Positions 39,103-47,454 of a stretch of 64,000 nucleotides of DNA are shown one piece after another (the first letter of the stretch is position 1; every line of letters starts with the position of its first letter). The notes under the pieces are model-generated. The model saw nothing but the letters and a program-made list of their open reading frames with translations, was not told the DNA's origin and ran no database searches. Location of the stretch: assembly GCA_002315855.1 (NCBI GenBank), contig DCIG01000084.1:43390-107389 (forward strand), in the 5' to 3' direction. Both the position numbers and the translations under genes were made by a program. Origin of the DNA: Lentisphaeria bacterium UBA1732. Its GTDB lineage: Bacteria > Verrucomicrobiota > Lentisphaeria > Victivallales > UBA1829.

Positions 39103-40833
39103 ATGATTATGAAAGACAATCCTGACTCACTCCAAAACGAGATGCTTGCGGCATCGGAAAAAACTCAGCCTGAAGTGCTTGCTGCACCGGAAAAACGTTC
39201 GTGGAAACGCCGCTCCGGATGGTTGATGCTTTTCCTCGCATTCCTGATTCCGTTGGTATGGATGGCAATCCTGCGTACCTCGGCGTTTTCGGTGGGTGAA
39301 AATTCTCAGGACGGGCTGTATCACGCAGGAATGGCGGAAATGGGCCCGTCGGTATATATGGCGAAAAAATTTCCGTGGACCCAGATGTCTGCATGGCGGG
39401 ATCATTTTGCAGACAAGGAACTTCTGTATCATGCTTCCATGGATTTGATTTTCAGGATTGAACGGTTGTTCGGAGTCGGAATAGCGCCGCCGTTTCATTT
39501 CGCGGCAATGTTTTACATGGCTTTGGCGTTGGCGGGATTTGTTTTTGCCGCACGTCAGCTGGGGGTGCGTCCGCAGTTTATATTGGCTGGCTCGGTGCTG
39601 TTTTGCCTGATGTCGCCGGGATTTACGTTCCGTTTTTCGTTGTTGCGACCGCATGTTCTGTCGCTGGCGTGCCTGATGACTGTCTGTGGTTTGATGTGTT
39701 TTAAGTCGTTCAAAACAAGAATCCTGTCAATTTCAATCCTGTCATTTTTCTTTGCGTGGACGTATTCAAATCCGCATTTCATCGTGATTGTGCCGCTGTT
39801 TTTTGCTGCATGTCAGGCCCCGTTCCGGGGGAAACGCGAATTGCTGATTCCCTTGGCTTCGCTGGGGGCCGTCCTGCTGGGATTGCTGATTCATCCGCAG
39901 TTCCCGAACTCGTTTATTATTTGGAAAATCCAGTCGTGGGACGCACTGATCAGTCCGATGATGAAAGATGCAAATTTGAGTTTGCCGTCGGAAATGATGC
40001 CGGCATCGTTTGGATTTAATAAGCTGACATTGCCTCTGTATGTCCTTGCGTGGTGTTCTCTTGCACGTCTGATACGAATCATGGAGAAGGTCGGAATTGC
40101 CAGGACGGATGCCAATCTGTATGCGCTGTGTCTGCTGTCCGCGATGTTCACGTGCGGGATTTGGATTGCGGTGCGCTCAATTGAATATGCGCAGCCGTTT
40201 GTTACGCTGTGGGTGCTTCTGCTGGCGGAGCGGTCGATGGAATGCGGGGTGAAACTGCCGTTTGGCAAGTTCAAGCATGGGTATACGATTTTCCTTGCGG
40301 TGATTTCTGTGGCGTTTGCGCTTGAGTCGTCCCGAAAATTTATGAGAGACTGTCCGCAGACGATTACCCCGCGCCTGAAAGAGATTCCGGCGTTTCTCAA
40401 GGAACATGTCCCCGCGGGAGAAGCTGTTGTCAATATCGACTGGAGTGATTTCCCGATGGTGTTCTATTATGACCGCGATCACCTGTGGCAATGGGGCATG
40501 GACCCCGTGTTTTCCTATATGGTGGAACCTCAAAAAACGATGATTCTGACGAAAACACGCCCGAATCATGGCGGGGAAACTTATCCGATGGATATTTACC
40601 GGGCATTCGGGACAAAATATGCCGTGATTTTGTGGCCGCGCGTGCCTCATGCCAGTCTGCTTTTCAGTCAGGGCTGGAAGATTGAAAAGAGCTTTATCGA
40701 AGAAGGCAAGGAAGAAGGCTGGATTTTCTCGCTGGATGAGCGTACTCGCATTTCCAAGCCGTTCCCTGCGGACAGCAAAGTTCAGGAAAAAGCCGAGAAA
40801 CAGCAGGAACTTCAGGAGAGTGCCCCGTCTTGA
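39103..40833 (+). CDS. Large polytopic membrane protein (possible GT-C-type glycosyltransferase; family unresolved)
   Basis: 576 aa, at least 10 hydrophobic helices followed by a soluble C-terminal domain. Confidence 0.7.
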   Translation: MIMKDNPDSLQNEMLAASEKTQPEVLAAPEKRSWKRRSGWLMLFLAFLIPLVWMAILRTSAFSVGENSQDGLYHAGMAEMGPSVYMAKKFPWTQMSAWRDHFADKELLYHASMDLIFRIERLFGVGIAPPFHFAAMFYMALALAGFVFAARQLGVRPQFILAGSVLFCLMSPGFTFRFSLLRPHVLSLACLMTVCGLMCFKSFKTRILSISILSFFFAWTYSNPHFIVIVPLFFAACQAPFRGKRELLIPLASLGAVLLGLLIHPQFPNSFIIWKIQSWDALISPMMKDANLSLPSEMMPASFGFNKLTLPLYVLAWCSLARLIRIMEKVGIARTDANLYALCLLSAMFTCGIWIAVRSIEYAQPFVTLWVLLLAERSMECGVKLPFGKFKHGYTIFLAVISVAFALESSRKFMRDCPQTITPRLKEIPAFLKEHVPAGEAVVNIDWSDFPMVFYYDRDHLWQWGMDPVFSYMVEPQKTMILTKTRPNHGGETYPMDIYRAFGTKYAVILWPRVPHASLLFSQGWKIEKSFIEEGKEEGWIFSLDERTRISKPFPADSKVQEKAEKQQELQESAPS

Positions 40834-40940
40834 CGAATGGAATGACGCTTCCTCTTTGCGTTTTTACCGCGCTGGAGTGCAGCTGATTCATTCAAAACAA
40901 AACATTTTCAAACAACATACGGGCTGAAATGCCCGATTTT

Positions 40941-41106
40941 GAGCAGGGGAGTCCTTTGGAAAAGGGCTGAGAGGAAACAGAACAAGCAGATTGGAATCTT
41001 TGCGGAAACAGGGGGATTCTGTTGATGCTGAAAGTTTCGACCCTAACCGTGCAGGCGTTTACGCCTATGCCGTCAACCTGATTTGGATCATGCCAACGTA
41101 GGAAGA
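40941..41106 (+). promoter_or_regulatory. TPP (thi-box) riboswitch
   Basis: GGGGAG...GGCTGAGAG ... ACCCTAA ... AACCTGATTTGGATCATGCCAACGTAGGAA. Sits upstream of thiM. Confidence 0.88.
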
Positions 41107-41262
41107 CTCAACCCGATGCCGGACGCCTTTGCTTTTTTACGGGTCAACCAATTCCCTGCAAATGGCGGCTTTTTTATGTCTGCATTCTGAACATCTCAAA
41201 AAGCCTTCCATGAGCAAAGAAATGAAGCCCCGTTTCAAAACAACTGAAAAAGGAAACACAGA

Positions 41263-42144
41263 ATGAACTCCGACAAAAAAAAAGGTACTTGTCTTCAATC
41301 AGAAAAAAACAAAACGGCACATAATCTTTCTTCCTGCTTTGAAAACGTGAGGTCCGAGCGTCCTCTGGTGGAATGTATCACGAATTATGTAACCGTGAAT
41401 GGCTGTGCGAATCTGCTTTTGGCGGCAGGCGCATCGCCTGTTATGGCGGATGATATTGAGGGGGCGGCTGAATTTACGCGGATTGCGGATGCTCTGGTGT
41501 TGAATATCGGGACGCTTACTCCGTGGGTTCGCGAGGCCATGAAAACATCTTTGGCGATTGCGAAAGAGCGGGGGATTCCCGGTGTACTGGACCCTGTAGG
41601 GTGCGGTGCGGCGGCATCGCATACACGTTTGTCGCTGGAGCTTTTGGAGTCAGGGGTGAGTATTATGCGGTGCAATCAGTCCGAGGCAAAAGCTCTCCTG
41701 GGATTGAATGCAGCCGCTCACGGTGTGGATGCAGCAATGGCGGATCAGGTTTCGGAAGCGAATTTGGGCGAAGCCTGCGCGAATGTGGCGGAGTTGGCGC
41801 GCCGTTATGGGTGTGTCGCTGCTGTAACAGGCGCGATTGATATTGCCGCGTCGCCGGATGGGCGTGTCGCGGTGATTCGCAACGGGCATCCTATGATGGC
41901 GGACATAACGGGATCGGGTTGTATGCTTTCTGCCCTGACTGGTGCGTTTGCGGCGGCGAATCCCGGTCATTGGTTCGAGGCTGTTGTCGTGATGCTTGCG
42001 GCATACGGTGCGGCAGGGGAGATTGCACAGAAAAATCTGCTTCCGGGCGAAGGCAGCGGGAGCTTTGAGATGCGTCTGATTGACGCTTTTAATCTTATGA
42101 ATACCAAAACACTACAGGAATATGCGGATTATGAATTTATTTGA
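41263..42144 (+). CDS. thiM: Hydroxyethylthiazole kinase
   Basis: PLVECITNYVTVNGCANLLLAAGASPVMA and NIGTL motifs. Confidence 0.92.
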   Translation: MNSDKKKGTCLQSEKNKTAHNLSSCFENVRSERPLVECITNYVTVNGCANLLLAAGASPVMADDIEGAAEFTRIADALVLNIGTLTPWVREAMKTSLAIAKERGIPGVLDPVGCGAAASHTRLSLELLESGVSIMRCNQSEAKALLGLNAAAHGVDAAMADQVSEANLGEACANVAELARRYGCVAAVTGAIDIAASPDGRVAVIRNGHPMMADITGSGCMLSALTGAFAAANPGHWFEAVVVMLAAYGAAGEIAQKNLLPGEGSGSFEMRLIDAFNLMNTKTLQEYADYEFI

Positions 42145-43390
42145 ATCTCTGCGTCTGTATGCCGTTACGGATGAAAACGGCAATCAGGTGGAAAAAGTCA
42201 GACAGGCTCTGGCTGGCGGCGCGACCTTTATCCAGTACCGCGCGAAAGGTGGCTGTGATTTTGATACCGCAGTGAAAATGCGGGATTTGTGCCGGGCATA
42301 CCATGTGCCGTTTGTGCTGGATGACGATGTGGAAATGGCGAAAGCCTGTGGCGCGGATGGCGTTCATGTGGGGCAGAGTGATGCTTCGGCGGTTGAGGCG
42401 CGGCGGATTCTCGGCGAGGATGCGATTGTCGGTGTATCTGCGGGAAATCTGACGGAAGCTCTCAAGGCCGTGGCGGATGGTGCGGACTATATCGGGACTG
42501 GTGCAATGTTCCCCACGACTACCAAAATGGATGCGGAGTATGTGGAATACAATACGCTGAAAACGATTTGCACTTCGGTTCCTGTGCCTGTGGTTGCCAT
42601 CGGCGGGATAGGGGAACATAATATCGCCAAACTGGCGGGGAGCGGAATTGCCGGTGTGGCAGTGGTGTCGGCTGTCTTCTCTCAGCCGGACATTGTGAAG
42701 GCAGCTCGGATTTTGGACAAACTGACGAAAGAAACGGATTTCCGGGCGGAGGCGAAACGGGCGTTTATTCTGGATTTTGACGGCACGATGTATGATTCCA
42801 TGAGTATCTGGGCGCATTTGGCGGATGATTTCCTGATTTCCTGCGGGAAAGTGCCGCGTCCTGATTTGTCGGAGAAGCTGAAAGACTGGGGACTTCGTGA
42901 CGGCATTATCTATTTGCGGGACGCATACGGGATAGCGTGTTCGCGTGAGGAAGCGGTACAGCGTTTTTCGGATTTGCTGACCACTGCGTATCAGGCGTGT
43001 CAATTGAAGCCCGGCGTATTTGCCATGGCAGACTATTTGAAGTCGCACGGACTTCTGCCCTGCATTGCCACTGCAGGCGATCAGAGTGCGGTGAAGATGA
43101 TTTTGAAACGGGAAAATCTGACTGATTCTTTCGGACCTGTGTTCAGTTCCACAACGCTGGAAACAGACAAGACTTCCCCTGAATTTTTCTATCGTGTTCT
43201 GGAAAAATTAGGTGCTTCTCTGAATGGTTCTGTGATGTTCGACGATGCTCCGTTTGCTTTGAGGGCGGGATACCGGGCTGGACTGAAATGCGTAAGGATT
43301 CTTGATTCTGCGTGGACGGATTCCGGTGAAGTTGAGGCGGACGAGACTGTCAGCACCCTCGAAGAATGGCTGAATCATCATAAGGATTAA
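42122..43390 (+). CDS. thiE: Thiamine-phosphate synthase fused to a C-terminal HAD-family hydrolase domain
   Basis: ThiE part: LYAVTD, DGVHVGQSD, YIGTGAMFPTTTK. HAD part: FILDFDGTMYDS (DxDGT), IATAGD, FDDAPFALRAG. Alternative start at 42131. Confidence 0.88.
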   Translation: MRIMNLFESLRLYAVTDENGNQVEKVRQALAGGATFIQYRAKGGCDFDTAVKMRDLCRAYHVPFVLDDDVEMAKACGADGVHVGQSDASAVEARRILGEDAIVGVSAGNLTEALKAVADGADYIGTGAMFPTTTKMDAEYVEYNTLKTICTSVPVPVVAIGGIGEHNIAKLAGSGIAGVAVVSAVFSQPDIVKAARILDKLTKETDFRAEAKRAFILDFDGTMYDSMSIWAHLADDFLISCGKVPRPDLSEKLKDWGLRDGIIYLRDAYGIACSREEAVQRFSDLLTTAYQACQLKPGVFAMADYLKSHGLLPCIATAGDQSAVKMILKRENLTDSFGPVFSSTTLETDKTSPEFFYRVLEKLGASLNGSVMFDDAPFALRAGYRAGLKCVRILDSAWTDSGEVEADETVSTLEEWLNHHKD

Positions 43391-43413
43391 TCTGTCTCCT
43401 TTTGCTGTTTTTG

Positions 43414-43460
43414 TATCTGCACATAAAGTTCTGAAATGTGCTTTTGTGCAGATATTTTTT
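43414..43460 (+). terminator. Rho-independent terminator after thiE
   Basis: TATCTGCACA...TGTGCAGATA (10-bp arms, with an inner GCACAT/ATGTGC alternative) followed by TTTTTT. Confidence 0.7.
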
Positions 43461-43817
43461 GTGTGAGGATGGAAGAAAATACGCCCCTGCCCAAACGAAA
43501 GAATCGTTTTTGGTTGTCTTGTAAAAGGGCGGGAATCGTAAAATTTTGGCTGTTTCCGCCGAGGAAAGCTGTCTCAAATTCCCATTTCCCGCCTTTCCAA
43601 AATCCGTTCCAATTTCTTCTTTTCCCTTTTTGGTGGATGCATCATACATCGGATGAGACGAATCTTTTCAACTTTTTCATGGGAAATAGAAAAAAAACGT
43701 TGAAATGAGAGCAAATAATGCTATAGTAATTAACTGCTTCAGAAGACAACAGAGCAACCGTCTGAAGTCAACTAAGTTCCAGTCTGCACCAGGCAGGCAT
43801 GTCTACAGGAAAAGAGT

Positions 43818-45143
43818 ATGCTGAAAACAATCAAACTGAAAAACGTGGGACCAATTCCGGATAAAAGCATTTCATTCAGGAAACGCTTAAACATTATCAC
43901 GGGCGATAATGGATTGGGAAAGACTTTTCTGCTGGATATCGTCTGGTATGTTCTGACGCGCAAATGGCCGGCAGAAGTGAATGCGAAACTTACTTCCGGC
44001 TATATGGCAAGACCCGCTGACCCTAAAAAAACTGCGGAAATTACGTTTGATATTGATGGCGAAAAAGAAAACAATAATTATACAGCGACTTTTGATCGGA
44101 TTCAGCAGGGATGGACAGGAATTTCAGGACGCCCGTTCAGTCCGGGATTGGTCATCTATGCCCATGCTGATGGCAGTTTTTCCGTGTGGGACCCCGCGCG
44201 AAATTACTGGGATAAAAGAGGCGATGCAGATATTCAGGAACGCCATCCGGCATTCGTTTTTTCGCCTGCGGAGGTTTGGAACGGCTTGAAAACAGACGAT
44301 GGAAAATATCTGTGCAACGGATTGCTTCAAGACTGGTCAAAATGGCAAAATAACCATGGATGGGAATTTCAAACACTGGAAAAAATACTGGAACGCCTCT
44401 CTCCGCCAGATTTGAAACTATGTTCCGGTGCATTAACCCGTATTGCAGTGGATGATTCGCGCGATATACCGACGATTACAATGCCTTATGGTGAAGTACC
44501 TGTATTGTTTGCTTCCGCAGGGATTCGGAGAATCCTGGCATTGACTTATTTTCTGACATGGGCAATGAGTGAACACCGTATGGCCTGTGATGTGCTGGGA
44601 ATCCAGCCGACTTCACAAATTACATTCTTGATTGATGAGGTGGAAGCGCATCTGCATCCGAAATGGCAGAGACAGATTATGCGCGGTTTTCTTGATGTTT
44701 TGGAAACATTGCTCAGCACCGTGGCAGGAAAAAAAGAGCGCAGGATTCAGATTATTGCGGCAACGCATTCCCCGCTGATTATGTCATCTTTGGAAAGCAG
44801 ATTCAATCCCGATGAAGACTGTTGGTTTGATTTTGACGAGGATAAAAAAGGAAAGGTGTGTTTTTCTCGTCGCGATTATGAAAAACAGGGGAATGCGGAT
44901 ATGTGGTTGAGAAGCAATGCCTTTGATTTGACATCATCTTGTTCACTGGAAGCGGAAGAAGCCATGAATGATGCAGTGAATCTGATTGGGGAATATGACA
45001 GTAAGATGTCATTGGACAGAAGTGTGTCAGAGGAGAATGCGAAAAAAGTTTATAAGAAACTTCTCAAAAATCTTTCTCCGAAAGATGATTTTTTGTTCCG
45101 TTTCCGTTATCTTTGTGAAAAGAAGGGGATTGTGTACAAATGA
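43818..45143 (+). CDS. ABC/SMC-type AAA ATPase, PtuA-like (Septu-like defence candidate)
   Basis: Walker A GDNGLGKT. Walker B/D-loop FLIDEVEAHLHP. H-loop ATHSPLI. 441 aa. AT-richer than its neighbours by eye. Confidence 0.75.
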   Translation: MLKTIKLKNVGPIPDKSISFRKRLNIITGDNGLGKTFLLDIVWYVLTRKWPAEVNAKLTSGYMARPADPKKTAEITFDIDGEKENNNYTATFDRIQQGWTGISGRPFSPGLVIYAHADGSFSVWDPARNYWDKRGDADIQERHPAFVFSPAEVWNGLKTDDGKYLCNGLLQDWSKWQNNHGWEFQTLEKILERLSPPDLKLCSGALTRIAVDDSRDIPTITMPYGEVPVLFASAGIRRILALTYFLTWAMSEHRMACDVLGIQPTSQITFLIDEVEAHLHPKWQRQIMRGFLDVLETLLSTVAGKKERRIQIIAATHSPLIMSSLESRFNPDEDCWFDFDEDKKGKVCFSRRDYEKQGNADMWLRSNAFDLTSSCSLEAEEAMNDAVNLIGEYDSKMSLDRSVSEENAKKVYKKLLKNLSPKDDFLFRFRYLCEKKGIVYK

Positions 45144-45718
45144 TACCGGTCGTGCAGCAGAGAGAACCGGAAGACTTTGATGAGAAAGTCCGCAGACCGG
45201 GGAATGAATATCTGCAGCAGCATCCTGACGTGAAAGCATCGAAACTGCCGGATTATTGGACAAGTATGTCGGAGAATTTGTGGAAGGCCTACGGTGGAAT
45301 CTGTGCTTATCTTGCCATTTTTTTTGATTCCGCGATTGGAAGTACAATCGATCATTTTATTCCAAAATCGAGAAATAAGCAGATGGCATACGAATGGTCA
45401 AATTATCGTTTGGCTTCATGGGGGATGAACCGGAAAAAAGCACGGAAAAATGTTTTAGACCCGTTTGCACTTCGCCCTGATTCTTTCCGAATTAATTTTA
45501 GCAATGGGGAAATCTGCCCGAATCCGGCGCAGGATGCCGATTATCAGGAAAGGTGCAGAGATACAATCTGTGCTTTAGGTCTGAATGAGTCCCGCAACAA
45601 AGAAATGAGGATAAGGCATTTTGACGAGTATTTTCGTAACGATGTATCCCTCGAATATCTTGAAAAAAATTCTCCTTTTGTGCATTCCGAAGTCGTCCGG
45701 CAGAACCTACAGCGTTAG
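45140..45718 (+). CDS. HNH-motif nuclease-like protein, PtuB-like
   Basis: IDHFIPKS...WSNYRLASWGMNRKK (DH..N..N). 192 aa. ATGA overlap with the ATPase gene. Confidence 0.7.
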   Translation: MIPVVQQREPEDFDEKVRRPGNEYLQQHPDVKASKLPDYWTSMSENLWKAYGGICAYLAIFFDSAIGSTIDHFIPKSRNKQMAYEWSNYRLASWGMNRKKARKNVLDPFALRPDSFRINFSNGEICPNPAQDADYQERCRDTICALGLNESRNKEMRIRHFDEYFRNDVSLEYLEKNSPFVHSEVVRQNLQR

Positions 45719-45750
45719 AAAGTCAGGATATTGGATTCCGGCTGATTTTT

Positions 45751-45803
45751 GCAAAACAATAACAGACTGTTGCATCATCATTGGATGCAGCAGCCTGTTT
45801 TGC
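45751..45803. terminator. Long hairpin between convergent ptuB-like and RNA methyltransferase genes
   Basis: GCAAAACA...CTGTTGCATC-loop-GATGCAGCAG...TGTTTTGC (8 + 10 bp with an internal loop). Confidence 0.55.
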
Positions 45804-45837
45804 ATGGTGGCGGAACTGATTCTTCGGGGGGAGAGAA

Positions 45838-47451
45838 TCAGAATTGACCGCGGGGAGGACGCTTGCCGCCGGATCGTTTCGAGGCGGGGAATCCGCTTCT
45901 GCCGCGATGCTGATTATCGTTGTGCTCCGGGATGCCGCGTTTGCGTCTGCGGTCAGCTCGATGAGACACACCGGGTGCTTTCTCGATACGTTCGGAACGG
46001 CCTGATTTGCGGGCGGTGCTGAACTTTGCGCGAGGTTCGCGGGGCTGTTCTGCTTTGCGTTCGAGCAGGATCATGGTTTCCACGTTGGGCGTGCCGGGGA
46101 ACATATCGAAAACACGTGCCTGAACAGGAATATAGCCGTTATGACGCCAGTCATTGACGGATTTCGCAACCTCATCTGCGGAGCAGAAGATATGGAGAAC
46201 TCGTTTGGGCTTGCGTTCCGCAATCGCGGCAATGACATTGGCGGCGATGCCGCTGCGGGGCGGGTCGAGCAGGAAAAGTTCGGTGGATCCGTCCTCTTCA
46301 TCGCGGGGCGGGATTTTGTCCATCACGGCATTTGCCGTAACCGCACCGGCGATAAAACGGATGCTGCGGTTCGGGGCGATATGGGCGGCATTGCCCATGG
46401 CCGCCTGAATGGCAGGTCCATTGAAGTCCATCCCGATGACACGTCCGGCCCGGCTTCCTGCGGCAATCCCGAAAAGACCGAAGCCGCAGTACATATCGTA
46501 CAGCACCGAATTTTCATCGGGTTTCAGAAGTTTTTCTGCTTCCCCGACAAAACGGTCGAGGATTGAGCCGTTTACCTGACAGAAAGCTCCGGGAGGGAAG
46601 AGAAACTTGCCGTCATTGACGGTAATATCCATCATTTCCGGACCGAAAACTTTGCGGAACGGATGAGTCGTCGCCTTGGATTCGAGGTAAAATTCCGAGC
46701 GGGATTCATCCACAAACATGAACATGGAGCGGACGGACGGGCATTCTGCCTGAACTCGTTCGGCAAGCTGTTTGACCTTGCGCACGGTGGGCGCATCCAG
46801 CCGGAACAGATTCAGAATGAGGGTTATTGATTCATAATTCCCGCGTATGACGATGAAATTCAGGTGGCGGGCCAGCGGTGCATACGGCGCAGATACCAGA
46901 ATGGAATGAAGCCATTGGTAAAGTTCGCCGTGCATGGCGGGTTCGATGGGGGACTCAATGGTTTCCTTGCGGTTCATTCCTGTATAACCCATGGTGAAGC
47001 GCACTCGTCCGTTTTTTGTGATGACGACACGGCGTTTCGAGGTCATGCGGCAGGGACGCCCCATGGGGGAGGGGATGATTTCGCGGACAAGAGCTTCGGG
47101 GAGATGTCCGACTTTCCAGAATGCTTTCACGGCATCCAGTTTGAGCTTAAGTTCATCTTCGTAGGAAATTGCAGTGAGGGGACAGTGGGGATCGGCGGTG
47201 TCAAGCTGTTCGCGGACTCCTGCATTCAGCGCGGCAAGCCCCACAGCATCGGAAAAGGTATATTGAGATTGGTTCTTTGCGGAATCGGCAGAGGAATCCT
47301 TGCCGCGGCGGAACTCATTGTCGTTTTTCCCTGCACGGTTCAGCAGAACAGAATTTTTTTCGGAATGGAAATCTCTGCGGGGGCTGGTTGTGGATTGATT
47401 TTTGCGGGAATTGGTGCGGGCGGAAGCCTGTCTGGGGGCTGTTCTGTTCAC
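45838..47451 (-). CDS. SAM-dependent RNA (uracil-5)-methyltransferase-like enzyme (TrmA/RlmD family) with basic N- and C-terminal extensions
   Basis: FCQVN, DMYCGFGLFG and LDPPRSG motifs. Arg/Lys-rich termini. No obvious 4-Cys Fe-S cluster. Confidence 0.8.
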   Translation of the reverse strand: MNRTAPRQASARTNSRKNQSTTSPRRDFHSEKNSVLLNRAGKNDNEFRRGKDSSADSAKNQSQYTFSDAVGLAALNAGVREQLDTADPHCPLTAISYEDELKLKLDAVKAFWKVGHLPEALVREIIPSPMGRPCRMTSKRRVVITKNGRVRFTMGYTGMNRKETIESPIEPAMHGELYQWLHSILVSAPYAPLARHLNFIVIRGNYESITLILNLFRLDAPTVRKVKQLAERVQAECPSVRSMFMFVDESRSEFYLESKATTHPFRKVFGPEMMDITVNDGKFLFPPGAFCQVNGSILDRFVGEAEKLLKPDENSVLYDMYCGFGLFGIAAGSRAGRVIGMDFNGPAIQAAMGNAAHIAPNRSIRFIAGAVTANAVMDKIPPRDEEDGSTELFLLDPPRSGIAANVIAAIAERKPKRVLHIFCSADEVAKSVNDWRHNGYIPVQARVFDMFPGTPNVETMILLERKAEQPREPRAKFSTARKSGRSERIEKAPGVSHRADRRRKRGIPEHNDNQHRGRSGFPASKRSGGKRPPRGQF

Positions 47452-47454
47452 TGT

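Noticed and set aside
43350-43708. ORFs of 90-99 aa (43436-43708 plus strand, 43350-43649 minus strand) upstream of the Septu-like pair, considered as a third component
   Set aside because: The translations are Phe/Lys-rich low-complexity with no RBS or motif. One overlaps the thiE 3' end and crosses its terminator. The region looks like AT-rich non-coding DNA.
43935-43940. GATATC avoidance as evidence for an active EcoRV-type endonuclease
   Set aside because: I found GATATC at least three times (43935-43940, 48565-48570, 63961-63966). I cannot judge over- or under-representation without counting against expectation, so I make no claim.
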